Source: an uncultured Gammaproteobacteria bacterium
Lineage (GTDB): Bacteria > Patescibacteriota > Microgenomatia > Levybacterales > GWA1-39-11
Direction: 5' to 3'
DNA: 64,000 bases
NCBI GenBank assembly: GCA_964531275.1
Contig: CAZHDZ010000004.1
Coordinates: 3,068 to 67,067 of the forward strand
A model generated the notes under the pieces. The model was not told where the DNA came from. It did no database searches and was given only the letters and a program-made list of their open reading frames with translations. The number at the start of each line of letters is the position of its first letter. Within the stretch, counting starts at the first letter, position 1. The translations under genes were made by a program, and so were the position numbers. This document shows positions 16,679 to 25,684 of this stretch, piece by piece.

Positions 16679-17905
16679 ATGATCACCTCATGGCCTGAAG
16701 CAGTCCTCTGTCTAGACGGTGATGCTTTTTTTGCCTCAGTTACCCAAGCCGTACACCCAGAATTAAAAGGTAAGCCTGTAGTTACTGGTTGGGAAAGAGG
16801 AATTGCAACTGCTGTCAGCTACGAAGCGAGAGCTTTAGGAGTAACTCGAGGTATGCGGTGTTGGGAAATAAAAAAACAATTTCCAACTGTCGTAATTACT
16901 ACTTCTGACTACCGCATCTACCATCTATTCTCCGAAAAAATGTTCACTGTTATGCGAAAATACTCTCCGTGCGTTGAAGTCTACTCTGTCGATGAAGGCT
17001 TTGCAGACCTCAAAGGCATGCGCCGCCCCTTACACATGAGCTATGAACAGATCGCTGCTACAATAAAACAAGAAATTGAAAAGTCTCTTGGTATTACAGT
17101 CTCTTTGGGGATCTCCGTAACCAAATCTTTGGCAAAACTTGCCGTTAATAAAAATAAGCCGTCAGGATTAACTGTCTGTGAAGGAAGAAATATAGACAAC
17201 CTCCTCAGAGATACAGAGATAAGCAAGGTCTGGGGAATTGGTCACCAATCAACAGCGCTTCTTAACAAGCTCGGCGTAACAACAGCTTTTGACTTTGCTC
17301 ATAAGTCAGAAGCTTTTATAAAGCAGTATTTCTCAAAACCCTTCCATGAGATTTGGCGCGAGCTTAATGGAGAAATGGTATACGCTGTTAATCCTGATGC
17401 AAAACGTGAATATAAGTCTATAACCCGCTCCCAAACAGTCACCCCTGCAACTAATGACCACGATATTCTTTGGGCACGAATGCTAGGACACGTTGAAGAT
17501 TCTTTTTTCAAAGCGAGAAATTATAATTACGCTGTTAAAAGAGTTTTTATTTACCTGAAGGACCAGTCTTTTCATCACCACGGTATAGAAATAAAACTCC
17601 CCGAAGCAACCTCATATCCTATGGTTATAAGAAAAGAACTTAAAGAAGGATTTGAAAAAATATACAAAAAAAATGTTGCTTTTCGAGCAACGGGCGCAAC
17701 AATTTATGAGTTCTCCGAAAATAAGCAAAAACAAGCTTCTCTATTTTTTGGAAATTCAGATATGGAAGCAAAAGCTAAAAAGCTTTACCCCTCAATTGAA
17801 TCTAAAAAAGTAGATTTTGGAACAAGCCTTTTTGATAGCGATCGGCTAATACGCAAGAAAAAGGAAATCAAGTTATCACTCCCCTTCTTATCTCGCCTAG
17901 AATAG
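16679..17905 (+). CDS. dinB: Y-family DNA polymerase (DinB/UmuC)
   Basis: LDGDAFFAS, AVSYEAR, YSVDEGFADL, AKLA..NKP, VWGIG HhH. Confidence 0.9.
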   Translation: MITSWPEAVLCLDGDAFFASVTQAVHPELKGKPVVTGWERGIATAVSYEARALGVTRGMRCWEIKKQFPTVVITTSDYRIYHLFSEKMFTVMRKYSPCVEVYSVDEGFADLKGMRRPLHMSYEQIAATIKQEIEKSLGITVSLGISVTKSLAKLAVNKNKPSGLTVCEGRNIDNLLRDTEISKVWGIGHQSTALLNKLGVTTAFDFAHKSEAFIKQYFSKPFHEIWRELNGEMVYAVNPDAKREYKSITRSQTVTPATNDHDILWARMLGHVEDSFFKARNYNYAVKRVFIYLKDQSFHHHGIEIKLPEATSYPMVIRKELKEGFEKIYKKNVAFRATGATIYEFSENKQKQASLFFGNSDMEAKAKKLYPSIESKKVDFGTSLFDSDRLIRKKKEIKLSLPFLSRLE

Positions 17906-18535
17906 TTACACTTCGACTATTTGATACCAATCATCTTTTACCTCTATATATTGGTTGTCACGCAGAAGAATTAACTGACTATTCCCCTCATACGCATGTT
18001 CGAGCCTTCGATTAAGATATAGTTCCTTGAAGCTTTTACTTCCCCAGTGGGGCAAGATAGTAAAGTCCACCAATCCATACCCATCGTAACCCTTTAGATT
18101 TGGGGCCAATGAAGCATCATCTAGTCTTAAGGTCGGATAGGTATCTTTACCAGCAATAATAGAACCAGCACTTGTTCCTATATAAATTTTTTCATCTTTC
18201 AAAATTAAATCTCTAATAATTTCCATGAAGCCACTCTGTTGAGATTTTTCGAGAAGATAGAATGTGTTGCCCCCCTCGATATATATAAAATCGTAGTCGT
18301 TCATAAAAGCACGAATCTCATCTGCCTTTTTACCTGCAATTGTGTAGTCTGCCACCTCAAATCCTGCTTTTATTAAGCTGTTACGATCATTTGTCACCCA
18401 AGATGAATCATGCTCCTTATCCTCGGTTGCGGTAGTTACAAAAACCAACTTATTCTTGCCATTTTTAAGATCAAAGTCTTTTGCTATTCGGCTGGCTACT
18501 TTATGAACAGATGATGTTAAGTATAATTTTTTCAT
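17906..18535 (-). CDS. Peptidase E / S51 family (class I glutamine amidotransferase-like)
   Basis: IYIEGGNTFYLL, YIGTSAGS, ILPH. Confidence 0.88.
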   Translation of the reverse strand: MKKLYLTSSVHKVASRIAKDFDLKNGKNKLVFVTTATEDKEHDSSWVTNDRNSLIKAGFEVADYTIAGKKADEIRAFMNDYDFIYIEGGNTFYLLEKSQQSGFMEIIRDLILKDEKIYIGTSAGSIIAGKDTYPTLRLDDASLAPNLKGYDGYGLVDFTILPHWGSKSFKELYLNRRLEHAYEGNSQLILLRDNQYIEVKDDWYQIVEV

Positions 18536-18543
18536 TGTATTTA

Positions 18544-19611
18544 TTAATTATATGAATATGCCCAATCAGCTATTTCAAGAATGCCCTTTGACTTGAGAAA
18601 TTGTTTTTTTACGTCTGCAGACTTTGTGTCCTCAAACCACACAGCGTGCCTGTTCCCATCAGCATCGAGATACTTAATAGAAGGTTCTTGCGTTGATGGG
18701 TCCCTCTCAAGGTTACATGAATCATATGCACAATCATTCACGAAATCTTGAATAATCTTATTAGTACTAAGAGGAACTCCTGAAGCAACGGCAGTCCCAT
18801 CGCCACCTACCTGCCAATCATAACCAAAATAGCCGAGTGTCACAACCAGTTTTCTATTATCAACGTCTTTCTGAAAATCTGAAATCATCCTCTCAAAACT
18901 ATACCCATATTCTTCAGTCTCCTTTAGGGGAAAGTTTGGTCCTGGATTACCTCTCGATTTTGAAAAGTCATAAGCCATAATAAGAACTTTGTCAGACAAT
19001 TCCCCTATTTTTTTAATGTCATAAGGACGAGCTCTAAAGTATGTATCACCGTACACGGTCGTATAAAAAAGGAGGTTGCTACTCTTTACCTTTTGCGAAA
19101 CGACTTTGTAGAATGAGCTTATATTATTGGTCGTAGTGTCAAATCCAAAAGCCGAAGTCTCATAATCCAAAAGTACCCCATCAAATCCATTTTCCGTAGC
19201 AAGATTTACTGCCTCAGAAGCAATTTTCTCCTGAACTTCAAGGTTCTTTAAAACCTGAGCATTCACAAATTTATCTGTCATTCTTATTGCTAATATTCGC
19301 TCTGTCGCATTTGGTGTAAGATTTGCAAATGTTTTTAGCTTCAAATACCCGTCTTCCTCTTTATTAACACCTAAATCATTAACGCCTAACCCAAAATATA
19401 TAAGAGCAAAATCACTATCCGTAACTATTGATTTAGTAAAAGACCAATACGGCACAAAAATATATTGTTTTTGCTGGCTCTGCGAAATTGGCTTTGGATT
19501 TACTTTATTTTCTATTGTTTTAATCGTCTGTTTTACCGTCCCTGGCTTTGCGTAATTCCACACAACGATGCCCCCAACAATAGCTACCAAAATTAACAAA
19601 ATCCACTTCAT
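18544..19611 (-). CDS. Secreted/anchored glycoside hydrolase family 18
   Basis: N-terminal TM; FDGVLLDYE catalytic motif; IMAYDF; GYDW; VWFED. Confidence 0.85.
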   Translation of the reverse strand: MKWILLILVAIVGGIVVWNYAKPGTVKQTIKTIENKVNPKPISQSQQKQYIFVPYWSFTKSIVTDSDFALIYFGLGVNDLGVNKEEDGYLKLKTFANLTPNATERILAIRMTDKFVNAQVLKNLEVQEKIASEAVNLATENGFDGVLLDYETSAFGFDTTTNNISSFYKVVSQKVKSSNLLFYTTVYGDTYFRARPYDIKKIGELSDKVLIMAYDFSKSRGNPGPNFPLKETEEYGYSFERMISDFQKDVDNRKLVVTLGYFGYDWQVGGDGTAVASGVPLSTNKIIQDFVNDCAYDSCNLERDPSTQEPSIKYLDADGNRHAVWFEDTKSADVKKQFLKSKGILEIADWAYSYN

Positions 19612-19644
19612 GTTGAGGCTATTGTATCATAGAACGTATTCTTT

Positions 19645-20253
19645 CTAAGGCAGGGGAGTTATTTGGGAGCGACGAAGTTCAGGTATGCGCGCTATCAATT
19701 CGCGTCGAGGAATCTTTGTCATATCAACGCCTGCTTTATTAGCAGCAAGCAGTCCTTCTATTATTTCGCGCGCCTGCCTTGCATCTTTATTCGTTAAGTA
19801 ATTAATTTTTATCTGATTTCTTTGCTGATACCCTAAGTCTAAAAATCTCATAGCTGAGAAGAAGGGCCCCTTTTCAACTACTACGTCCATTATGTCTTTT
19901 ACATTGATGCTTTGCGTTTTACCGGATAGGAAAAAATTTCGTGTAACAACTGTTACTTTTGTGACATCAATTATTAAATCGCTTGGGAAAAATTCAAATG
20001 GGAATACCGTCTTTGCTCTAAAAAGTATAGTTTGAGCTCTTTTAACAACATCATCAAATTTTTCTCCATGTAAATTAAAATCGCGAGTTAAGGTAGTCTG
20101 AGCTTCCTCAAGTCCTTCTTTTTGTATTTTTGGTGGAATTGTATCGCTTAATTTTTGGTCTGCAAAAAATCGAGAAATGCCCTTTCTTGCATTTCTAAAT
20201 TCTCCAAGAAACGAGGCCTTTCCTTTTTTAAGGATAACTGGGTGTTGATACAT
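19645..20253 (-). CDS. Hypothetical protein (possible PH-like beta domain)
   Basis: 202-aa ORF with FPFEFFP..LIID..KV.V..RNFFLSG pattern; -10-like TATAGT 6 nt before ATG. Confidence 0.6.
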   Translation of the reverse strand: MYQHPVILKKGKASFLGEFRNARKGISRFFADQKLSDTIPPKIQKEGLEEAQTTLTRDFNLHGEKFDDVVKRAQTILFRAKTVFPFEFFPSDLIIDVTKVTVVTRNFFLSGKTQSINVKDIMDVVVEKGPFFSAMRFLDLGYQQRNQIKINYLTNKDARQAREIIEGLLAANKAGVDMTKIPRRELIARIPELRRSQITPLP

Positions 20254-20365
20254 TAATTAACTATATTGTTTGTTTGTGAATTTTGAACAAGAAAAGTAAA
20301 AGAGATACAAAAGAGTATATTCATTTGCACATTAGATAAATCGTGATATCATAACACTAAATTTC

Positions 20366-20989
20366 ATGGCAGAAGACACACCTCAAAACGAATCCTTTTT
20401 AAATCCCTCAAGACGCTCTTACGTTTATGAGTCTTCTAAAGGTTCCGGCAACAAAAAAAGAGTAATACTTATTATATTAGGGGTTATTGTGCTTGTAGCA
20501 CTTGTAGCATATGCAGTTATTGCTACTGGCGGAAAAGGAGAATTAGAAGAAGCACTAACTCCTACCCCAACAACAATTCAAGAAACCCCAACTCCAACAA
20601 TTGCTGAAGCAACGCCTACTCCCGAAGTTTCACCAACTCCAACCGGCAAGACTTCTCCCACTCCTTCAAAGGGAACACCCACACCCACCAAAACTTCAGG
20701 ATCTGACCTAGAAAAATCCAATCTGAGCCTTGAAGTATTAAATGGAAGTGGCGTTGCGGGCGCTGCAACAAAAATGTCAGATATACTAAAAAAGCTTGGG
20801 TATGAAGTTGCATCTTCGGGGAATGCTGATAACTTCGAATATGAAAAGACAGAAATTCAACTTAAGAGTACTAAAAAGGCCTATCTTCAAACGCTTAAAG
20901 ACGACTTGGGAGACGACTACACCATTGGTAGTGCAACTTCAGACTACACAGGGGATGCTGATGGCGTTGTCATTGTTGGAAAAGAATAA
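20366..20989 (+). CDS. LytR C-terminal domain membrane protein with PT-rich linker
   Basis: TM, (PT)n linker, VLNGSGVAGAA...LGY.V..GNAD...VIVGK. Confidence 0.85.
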   Translation: MAEDTPQNESFLNPSRRSYVYESSKGSGNKKRVILIILGVIVLVALVAYAVIATGGKGELEEALTPTPTTIQETPTPTIAEATPTPEVSPTPTGKTSPTPSKGTPTPTKTSGSDLEKSNLSLEVLNGSGVAGAATKMSDILKKLGYEVASSGNADNFEYEKTEIQLKSTKKAYLQTLKDDLGDDYTIGSATSDYTGDADGVVIVGKE

Positions 20990-20994
20990 GCAGG

Positions 20995-21112
20995 CTTGGC
21001 TGCGCTAAGCAAGCTTGGCTTCGCTAAGAACCTGCTACGCAGAACCTTGGCTGCGCTAAACAGAGTTTGGCTGCGCTAAGAACCTGCTACGCAGAACCTT
21101 GGCTGCGCTAAA
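20995..21112 (-). repeat. Array 1 of GNA-triloop mini-hairpin repeats (5 A units + 2 B units)
   Basis: A = cttggctgcgctaag / cttggcttcgctaag; B = ctgctacgcag; linkers aac/caag; between convergent genes. Confidence 0.9.
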
Positions 21113-21113
21113 C

Positions 21114-21389
21114 TTAAGACGCCGCCTCAATAAAAAATTCTGGAGCCTGATTACCTTCCGAAATAATAAGTGGCTGATTAGTACTAAGGATATTTGGGGC
21201 AACAGCCGGAAGTACATCAAGGGACTCTCCTCTAATTAAAGGAGTACCATCTCCACTCATGCCACGACTTGCCATTCTTTCTGCTTGCCAAATGGCTTCT
21301 TGTTCTGCCATTCTAGCTTCATATCGTGCAGTTCTTTCGTGAAAAAGCTCTAGCGGGTAGGGACCTGTAGGGTTTGTTTCGTGAGCCAA
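21114..21389 (-). CDS. Hypothetical protein
   Basis: 91-aa ORF (TTG start) filling the gap between array 1 and the ABC gene; -10-like TAAAAT just upstream. Confidence 0.45.
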   Translation of the reverse strand: MAHETNPTGPYPLELFHERTARYEARMAEQEAIWQAERMASRGMSGDGTPLIRGESLDVLPAVAPNILSTNQPLIISEGNQAPEFFIEAAS

Positions 21390-21471
21390 ATTATGATTTT
21401 ATACCATAAAAAACTCATATGTGTAAAGTGCCAAAAATAATAGTAACTAAGGTATAATTAAGTACGCTCAT

Positions 21472-23241
21472 ATGAAAAATATTGGAAAAATAATTAAGCT
21501 TTCAAAACCGCTTCATCCACTTGTTGTAATCATTGCAATTCTTATTATAGTGAGCTCAGCTCTTCAGCTGGCGACGCCACTTTTCTCCAAATTCATAGTC
21601 GATGAAATAGTTGCTCATCTGGATAACCAATCTGGAGATCTCAATAAGCTAATTACCCTTATTGTGGTTGCTTTTCTTCTTAATGTAATAGGAGTCATAA
21701 CAAATGTAATTACCGATAGACTTGGTGACCATTTTGCGGGTAGACTCCGCCAATTTCTCACCGAAAGGTTCTATGACAAAGTACTCACCCTTCCTCAAAG
21801 TTACTTTGATGGACAGCTTTCAGGAAAAATCATCAATCAACTAAACCGTGGGATAGTAACTGTTTATAGCTTTTTAAATGGTGCCTCAAATTTTATCATC
21901 CCCATGTTCTTGCAAAGCATATTCACAGTTGCTGTGCTTGCCTACTACAACATTCCCATTGCCTTCTTTACTTTTATTTTATTCCCTATTTATTTAATAC
22001 TTTCCTATTATTCGACGGTAAGGTGGGGCAAAGAAGAGGCTAAGAAAAATGCAATCGAGGATGTAACCAGAGGAAGAATTAATGAGGTAATTTCAAACAT
22101 CAGACTGGTTAAGGGGTTCACTCAAGAAAAAAACGAATACAGAATGGTGTCTGACGGGCTTACGAAAATTAATGAAATCTTTGCTAAGCAGAGCTCAACA
22201 TATCATAAATTTGATTTAGCTCGCAACATGTCTCTTATTCTTGTCATGTTCGCAATCAATATATTAGTTTTTTACAACACTTTCATAGGAGTGCTTACTA
22301 TTGGAGAAATGGTATTAATACTACAGCTGTTTAACCAAGCAAGAGTGCCTCTTTTTGCGATGTCATTTATCCTCACTCAAGTACAGCAGGCTGAGCAGGG
22401 TAGTAAAGAATATCTTGAAATTTTACACCTAGATTCTGCAGAAAATTACAAAGAAGGAGGCAGATTTGTTGCAATCAACAATCCATCAATTGAATTTAAG
22501 AATATATCTTTTAAATACGAAGAGTCGGAAAATGTACTCAATGACGTTTCCTTTAAGATCTTACCTCATGAAAAAGTAGCTCTGGTAGGCCATAGTGGAG
22601 CCGGAAAATCTACGATTGTGAACCTTATCATGAAGCTTTATACACCCACATCTGGAGATATCCTGCTAAAAGATAAGAAATACTCATCCTTATCTCACAA
22701 AGCTGTACGAGATAATATCTCTCTTGTCTTTCAGGAAAACGAGCTTTTCTCATCAACAGTTCGTGAGAATGTCGCCTATGGCAAACCTGATGCAACGGAT
22801 AAGGAAGTTATAAATGCTTTAAAATCTGCAAATGCCTATGAATTTGTTATGAAATTTTCCAAGGGATTAGACAGTGAAATTGGAGAACGTGGAGTCAGGC
22901 TATCGGGAGGCCAAAAGCAGAGAATCCAAATTGCTCGAGCCATTCTTCGAAATTCTCCAATACTTATCCTTGACGAAGCGACTTCCTCCTTGGATGCAAA
23001 AAGTGAGTTTGAAGTCCAACAAGCATTGGAAGTCTTAATGAAAAACAGACTCACAATAATTATTGCTCATAGATTCTCGACCATTCAAAATGTAGACAAA
23101 ATAATCGTTATTGAAGACGGAATGATCTCAAACTATGGAACGCCACATGAACTTTCATCGCAAAAAGGGTTGTACTCTGAATTATTAAAATATCAAATAG
23201 AAGGTAACCAAAAACTTCTCGACCAATTTGGTTTACATTAG
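21472..23241 (+). CDS. ABC exporter, fused permease/ATP-binding subunit (MsbA/MdlB-like)
   Basis: N-terminal TMD; GHSGAGKS; LSGGQKQRI; ILILDEATS; IAHR. Confidence 0.95.
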   Translation: MKNIGKIIKLSKPLHPLVVIIAILIIVSSALQLATPLFSKFIVDEIVAHLDNQSGDLNKLITLIVVAFLLNVIGVITNVITDRLGDHFAGRLRQFLTERFYDKVLTLPQSYFDGQLSGKIINQLNRGIVTVYSFLNGASNFIIPMFLQSIFTVAVLAYYNIPIAFFTFILFPIYLILSYYSTVRWGKEEAKKNAIEDVTRGRINEVISNIRLVKGFTQEKNEYRMVSDGLTKINEIFAKQSSTYHKFDLARNMSLILVMFAINILVFYNTFIGVLTIGEMVLILQLFNQARVPLFAMSFILTQVQQAEQGSKEYLEILHLDSAENYKEGGRFVAINNPSIEFKNISFKYEESENVLNDVSFKILPHEKVALVGHSGAGKSTIVNLIMKLYTPTSGDILLKDKKYSSLSHKAVRDNISLVFQENELFSSTVRENVAYGKPDATDKEVINALKSANAYEFVMKFSKGLDSEIGERGVRLSGGQKQRIQIARAILRNSPILILDEATSSLDAKSEFEVQQALEVLMKNRLTIIIAHRFSTIQNVDKIIVIEDGMISNYGTPHELSSQKGLYSELLKYQIEGNQKLLDQFGLH

Positions 23242-23251
23242 TTCAGGCCAA

Positions 23252-23431
23252 TTTAGCGAAGCCAAGGTTCTGCGAAGCAGGTTCTTAGCGAAGCCAAGCT
23301 TGCTTAGCGAAGCCAAGCTTGCTTAGCGAAGCCAAGGTTCTGCGAAGCAGGTTCTTAGCGAAGCCAAGGTTCTGCGAAGCAGGTTCTTAGCGAAGCCAAG
23401 GTTGCTGTCAAGCAAGCTTAACGCAGTCAAA
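23252..23431 (+). repeat. Array 2 of GNA-triloop mini-hairpin repeats (6 A + 3 B + one degenerate unit)
   Basis: A = cttagcgaagccaag; B = ctgcgaagcag; linkers gtt/cttg; inverted relative to array 1; between convergent genes. Confidence 0.9.
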
Positions 23432-23439
23432 TTAGCCTA

Positions 23440-24720
23440 CTAGGCTAATTTATACCCTCTCGTCTTCACCGTAACAATTTCGTAATCTGAATGAGAGTTT
23501 TTTAGTTTGCCTCTCAATCTCGCTACGAGTCTGTCGACAGCCCAATCAGATACTCCATATGCAGCTGCCTCAGGCCATACACATTCAATTATTTTCTCCC
23601 GTTCACAAAGCGCTCCTCTGTTTTCTTCAAGAATTTTTAGTAGCAAGTGCTCCTTCTTAGATAACTCATGCCTTGTAGAATCCTTTGCAACTTCGCCTTT
23701 ATTTTGTAAATATCGCTCAAAAAGTCTACTAAATACACCCACCTCAGAAAGTATTCCCGTATTCCATAGGTAGTTTGCTCTATCTTTTTCGTCCGGGCCT
23801 ATTTGTTTATTCTTTATGAACCTTAAAAGAACATCTTGCTCCTCAGAAGATAACGATTCCCACAACTCCTCTGACTGAAGAGCAATTCTCTCATCGAAAA
23901 ATAATTCATCCTCAATATTTTGGGCTGAAAAACCATTTTTCTTTTCGTGAAGATAGGAAAGCGAGAACTGAAGATATTGAGTATACCCATCAACAAGTTC
24001 AAGGACTTTTGATTTTATGTTTTCAGGAAAATTGAGGTTGTATCTTCTGCATATCTCATCAAAAACAATTATAGAATCTTCCTTCCTACTTGGAGCTATA
24101 TACATTGTCCTGGCAAATACTGACACTGAGGCTCTTGTAAATACGTCAGGAGACAATGACTCAAGGCTTCTAACACTGGTTATGACATATGATAAATTTT
24201 TATGACTTGCATCAATGAGACCTTGAAGGTTTGCAAAGAATTCAGGAGTTACAACATTTTGCATCCTATCAAATCTTAAGAAGAAAATAGTCGGAGACAC
24301 ATCTTCTCCTACAAGCTTAACTAGGCTTTTTCTAATTGAATCAATTGTGAGAAAAAGATCCTGTGACTGAATACTATCCAAAAAGAGCGCTTCTATATAT
24401 CTCTTAGTCTCTTCTGAGACATTTGAAGCCATAACATTGTCCTCGATTCTTTTAAGGGTAAGCACCCAGAATGGATATAATTCACGTTCAACCAGATCGT
24501 TTAGATCAACGGGTATAAATAGATGGTTTTTATTATCGCCAATATATCGTTTTGCTATACCTTGCTTATTGAGGAAAAAACGGAGGAAATTACTAATTCC
24601 CACCCGCTTCATACCAACCAAGACAACGCTATTTCTATTCTTTATGTAAAGCCCAAGACTTTCTGCATCTTTTTTTCTGAATGACAGGGGATAAACAACT
24701 TCTTCAATTCGGCTTTCCAT
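23440..24720 (-). CDS. AAA/STAND-like P-loop domain fused to a C-terminal OmpR/PhoB-type winged helix
   Basis: Degenerate Walker A (VLVGMKRVGIS); C-terminal LSKKEHLLLKIL...REKII..VW...AVDRLVARLRGKL...IVTVKTRGYKL. Confidence 0.8.
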   Translation of the reverse strand: MESRIEEVVYPLSFRKKDAESLGLYIKNRNSVVLVGMKRVGISNFLRFFLNKQGIAKRYIGDNKNHLFIPVDLNDLVERELYPFWVLTLKRIEDNVMASNVSEETKRYIEALFLDSIQSQDLFLTIDSIRKSLVKLVGEDVSPTIFFLRFDRMQNVVTPEFFANLQGLIDASHKNLSYVITSVRSLESLSPDVFTRASVSVFARTMYIAPSRKEDSIIVFDEICRRYNLNFPENIKSKVLELVDGYTQYLQFSLSYLHEKKNGFSAQNIEDELFFDERIALQSEELWESLSSEEQDVLLRFIKNKQIGPDEKDRANYLWNTGILSEVGVFSRLFERYLQNKGEVAKDSTRHELSKKEHLLLKILEENRGALCEREKIIECVWPEAAAYGVSDWAVDRLVARLRGKLKNSHSDYEIVTVKTRGYKLA

Positions 24721-24760
24721 TACGTGAATTTTAGTCTCGACTTCTTACAATTACAAGTTT

Positions 24761-24807
24761 TGTCAGGTAAAAGTCAGGAGGGATCATACTGTCAGGAAAT
24801 TGTCCCA
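24761..24807 (+). promoter_or_regulatory. Two pairs of 11-bp-spaced GTCAGG direct repeats (candidate OmpR/PhoB-type operator)
   Basis: GTCAGG at 24762 and 24773; GTCAGG at 24791 and GTCCCA at 24802; in the divergent intergenic region next to the wHTH gene. Confidence 0.5.
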
Positions 24808-24862
24808 AATAAAGGTGCTTTAAAGTCAAGTTTTGTATTTTCTATCATACTAAACTCTTGTT

Positions 24863-25129
24863 ATGAGTCATGAAACTACAGAACCAACACTCGGCGGAGG
24901 GACAGAGGGAGTTCTTCCGCTGGGAGTTGAGGCAAATACACTAGTTATGAATCGTGGACATCCTGTTTTTTTGAATAGAATCCTGAACATATTACCATGG
25001 AGAAATTCTTCAGAGCCTATATCGCTTGCTGATACTCTTAGATCTGATATCCAAAAAGTTTCGAAACTAAATGGTGTTAATGCAGATCCCTATTGGAACG
25101 AAACAGAAAAAGGAGTACAACATAGTTAG
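24863..25129 (+). CDS. Hypothetical protein
   Basis: 88-aa ORF, ATG start, divergent from the wHTH gene. Confidence 0.5.
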   Translation: MSHETTEPTLGGGTEGVLPLGVEANTLVMNRGHPVFLNRILNILPWRNSSEPISLADTLRSDIQKVSKLNGVNADPYWNETEKGVQHS

Positions 25130-25143
25130 GTTAAATAAATTTT

Positions 25144-25566
25144 ATGAGTTGGGAAACTTCAATCGATGGCAGATTACACACTGCACTTGGTGAGCGAGTC
25201 GTGCATAATGGATCAGTTTGGATACATGAGACATACATTCAAGGCAGGCATCCACAAATAGGATCTTTGAAAGAAGGTTTAGAAGGAGAAGTAGAAACTG
25301 TCAGGAAAATCTTGCTCCCACTATCTCTTGTGGATTCGCGTATAAAAGTTAACGGTAAAAGTAACGCTTCATATACACATTTAGTGATTGATGAACACAA
25401 GCACCTGCTTGAGCACCCACAAGCAGAACCAGCTCATGAGTTGACCGTAGGAATTACGGCAGCAGTTGCACCAAGTGTTCCTACGGATAGAATGCTAGAT
25501 ATACCACTCCCTGTTCTCCCATTTTTAATTCAGTCCGCCAATTTGCAACCTGTGCCCACGTCATAA
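25144..25566 (+). CDS. Hypothetical protein
   Basis: 140-aa ORF 14 nt after the previous gene; its 3' end overlaps an opposite-strand ORF. Confidence 0.45.
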   Translation: MSWETSIDGRLHTALGERVVHNGSVWIHETYIQGRHPQIGSLKEGLEGEVETVRKILLPLSLVDSRIKVNGKSNASYTHLVIDEHKHLLEHPQAEPAHELTVGITAAVAPSVPTDRMLDIPLPVLPFLIQSANLQPVPTS

Positions 25567-25684
25567 CTAATTTGTTCACTTCCTCCTGAGAAAGAGCCTG
25601 AAATTTCTTCTTAACTTTACTTGGAATTTTTCTGCCATAAGCTGCTCTATACAGCATCTCAAAGGAGTAGTCACATTCAATCAT
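25481..25684 (-). CDS. Small hypothetical protein coupled to the DUF2130 gene
   Basis: MIECDYSFEMLYRAAYG...LSQEEVNKLVMTWAQVANW...YLAFYP; ATG overlaps the upstream stop (ATGATTGA). Confidence 0.5.
   Translation of the reverse strand: MIECDYSFEMLYRAAYGRKIPSKVKKKFQALSQEEVNKLVMTWAQVANWRTELKMGEQGVVYLAFYP

Noticed and set aside
20995-23431. Repeat arrays as CRISPR
   Set aside because: Units are 11-15 nt with fixed 3-5 nt linkers; there are no unique spacers and no cas genes in the window.
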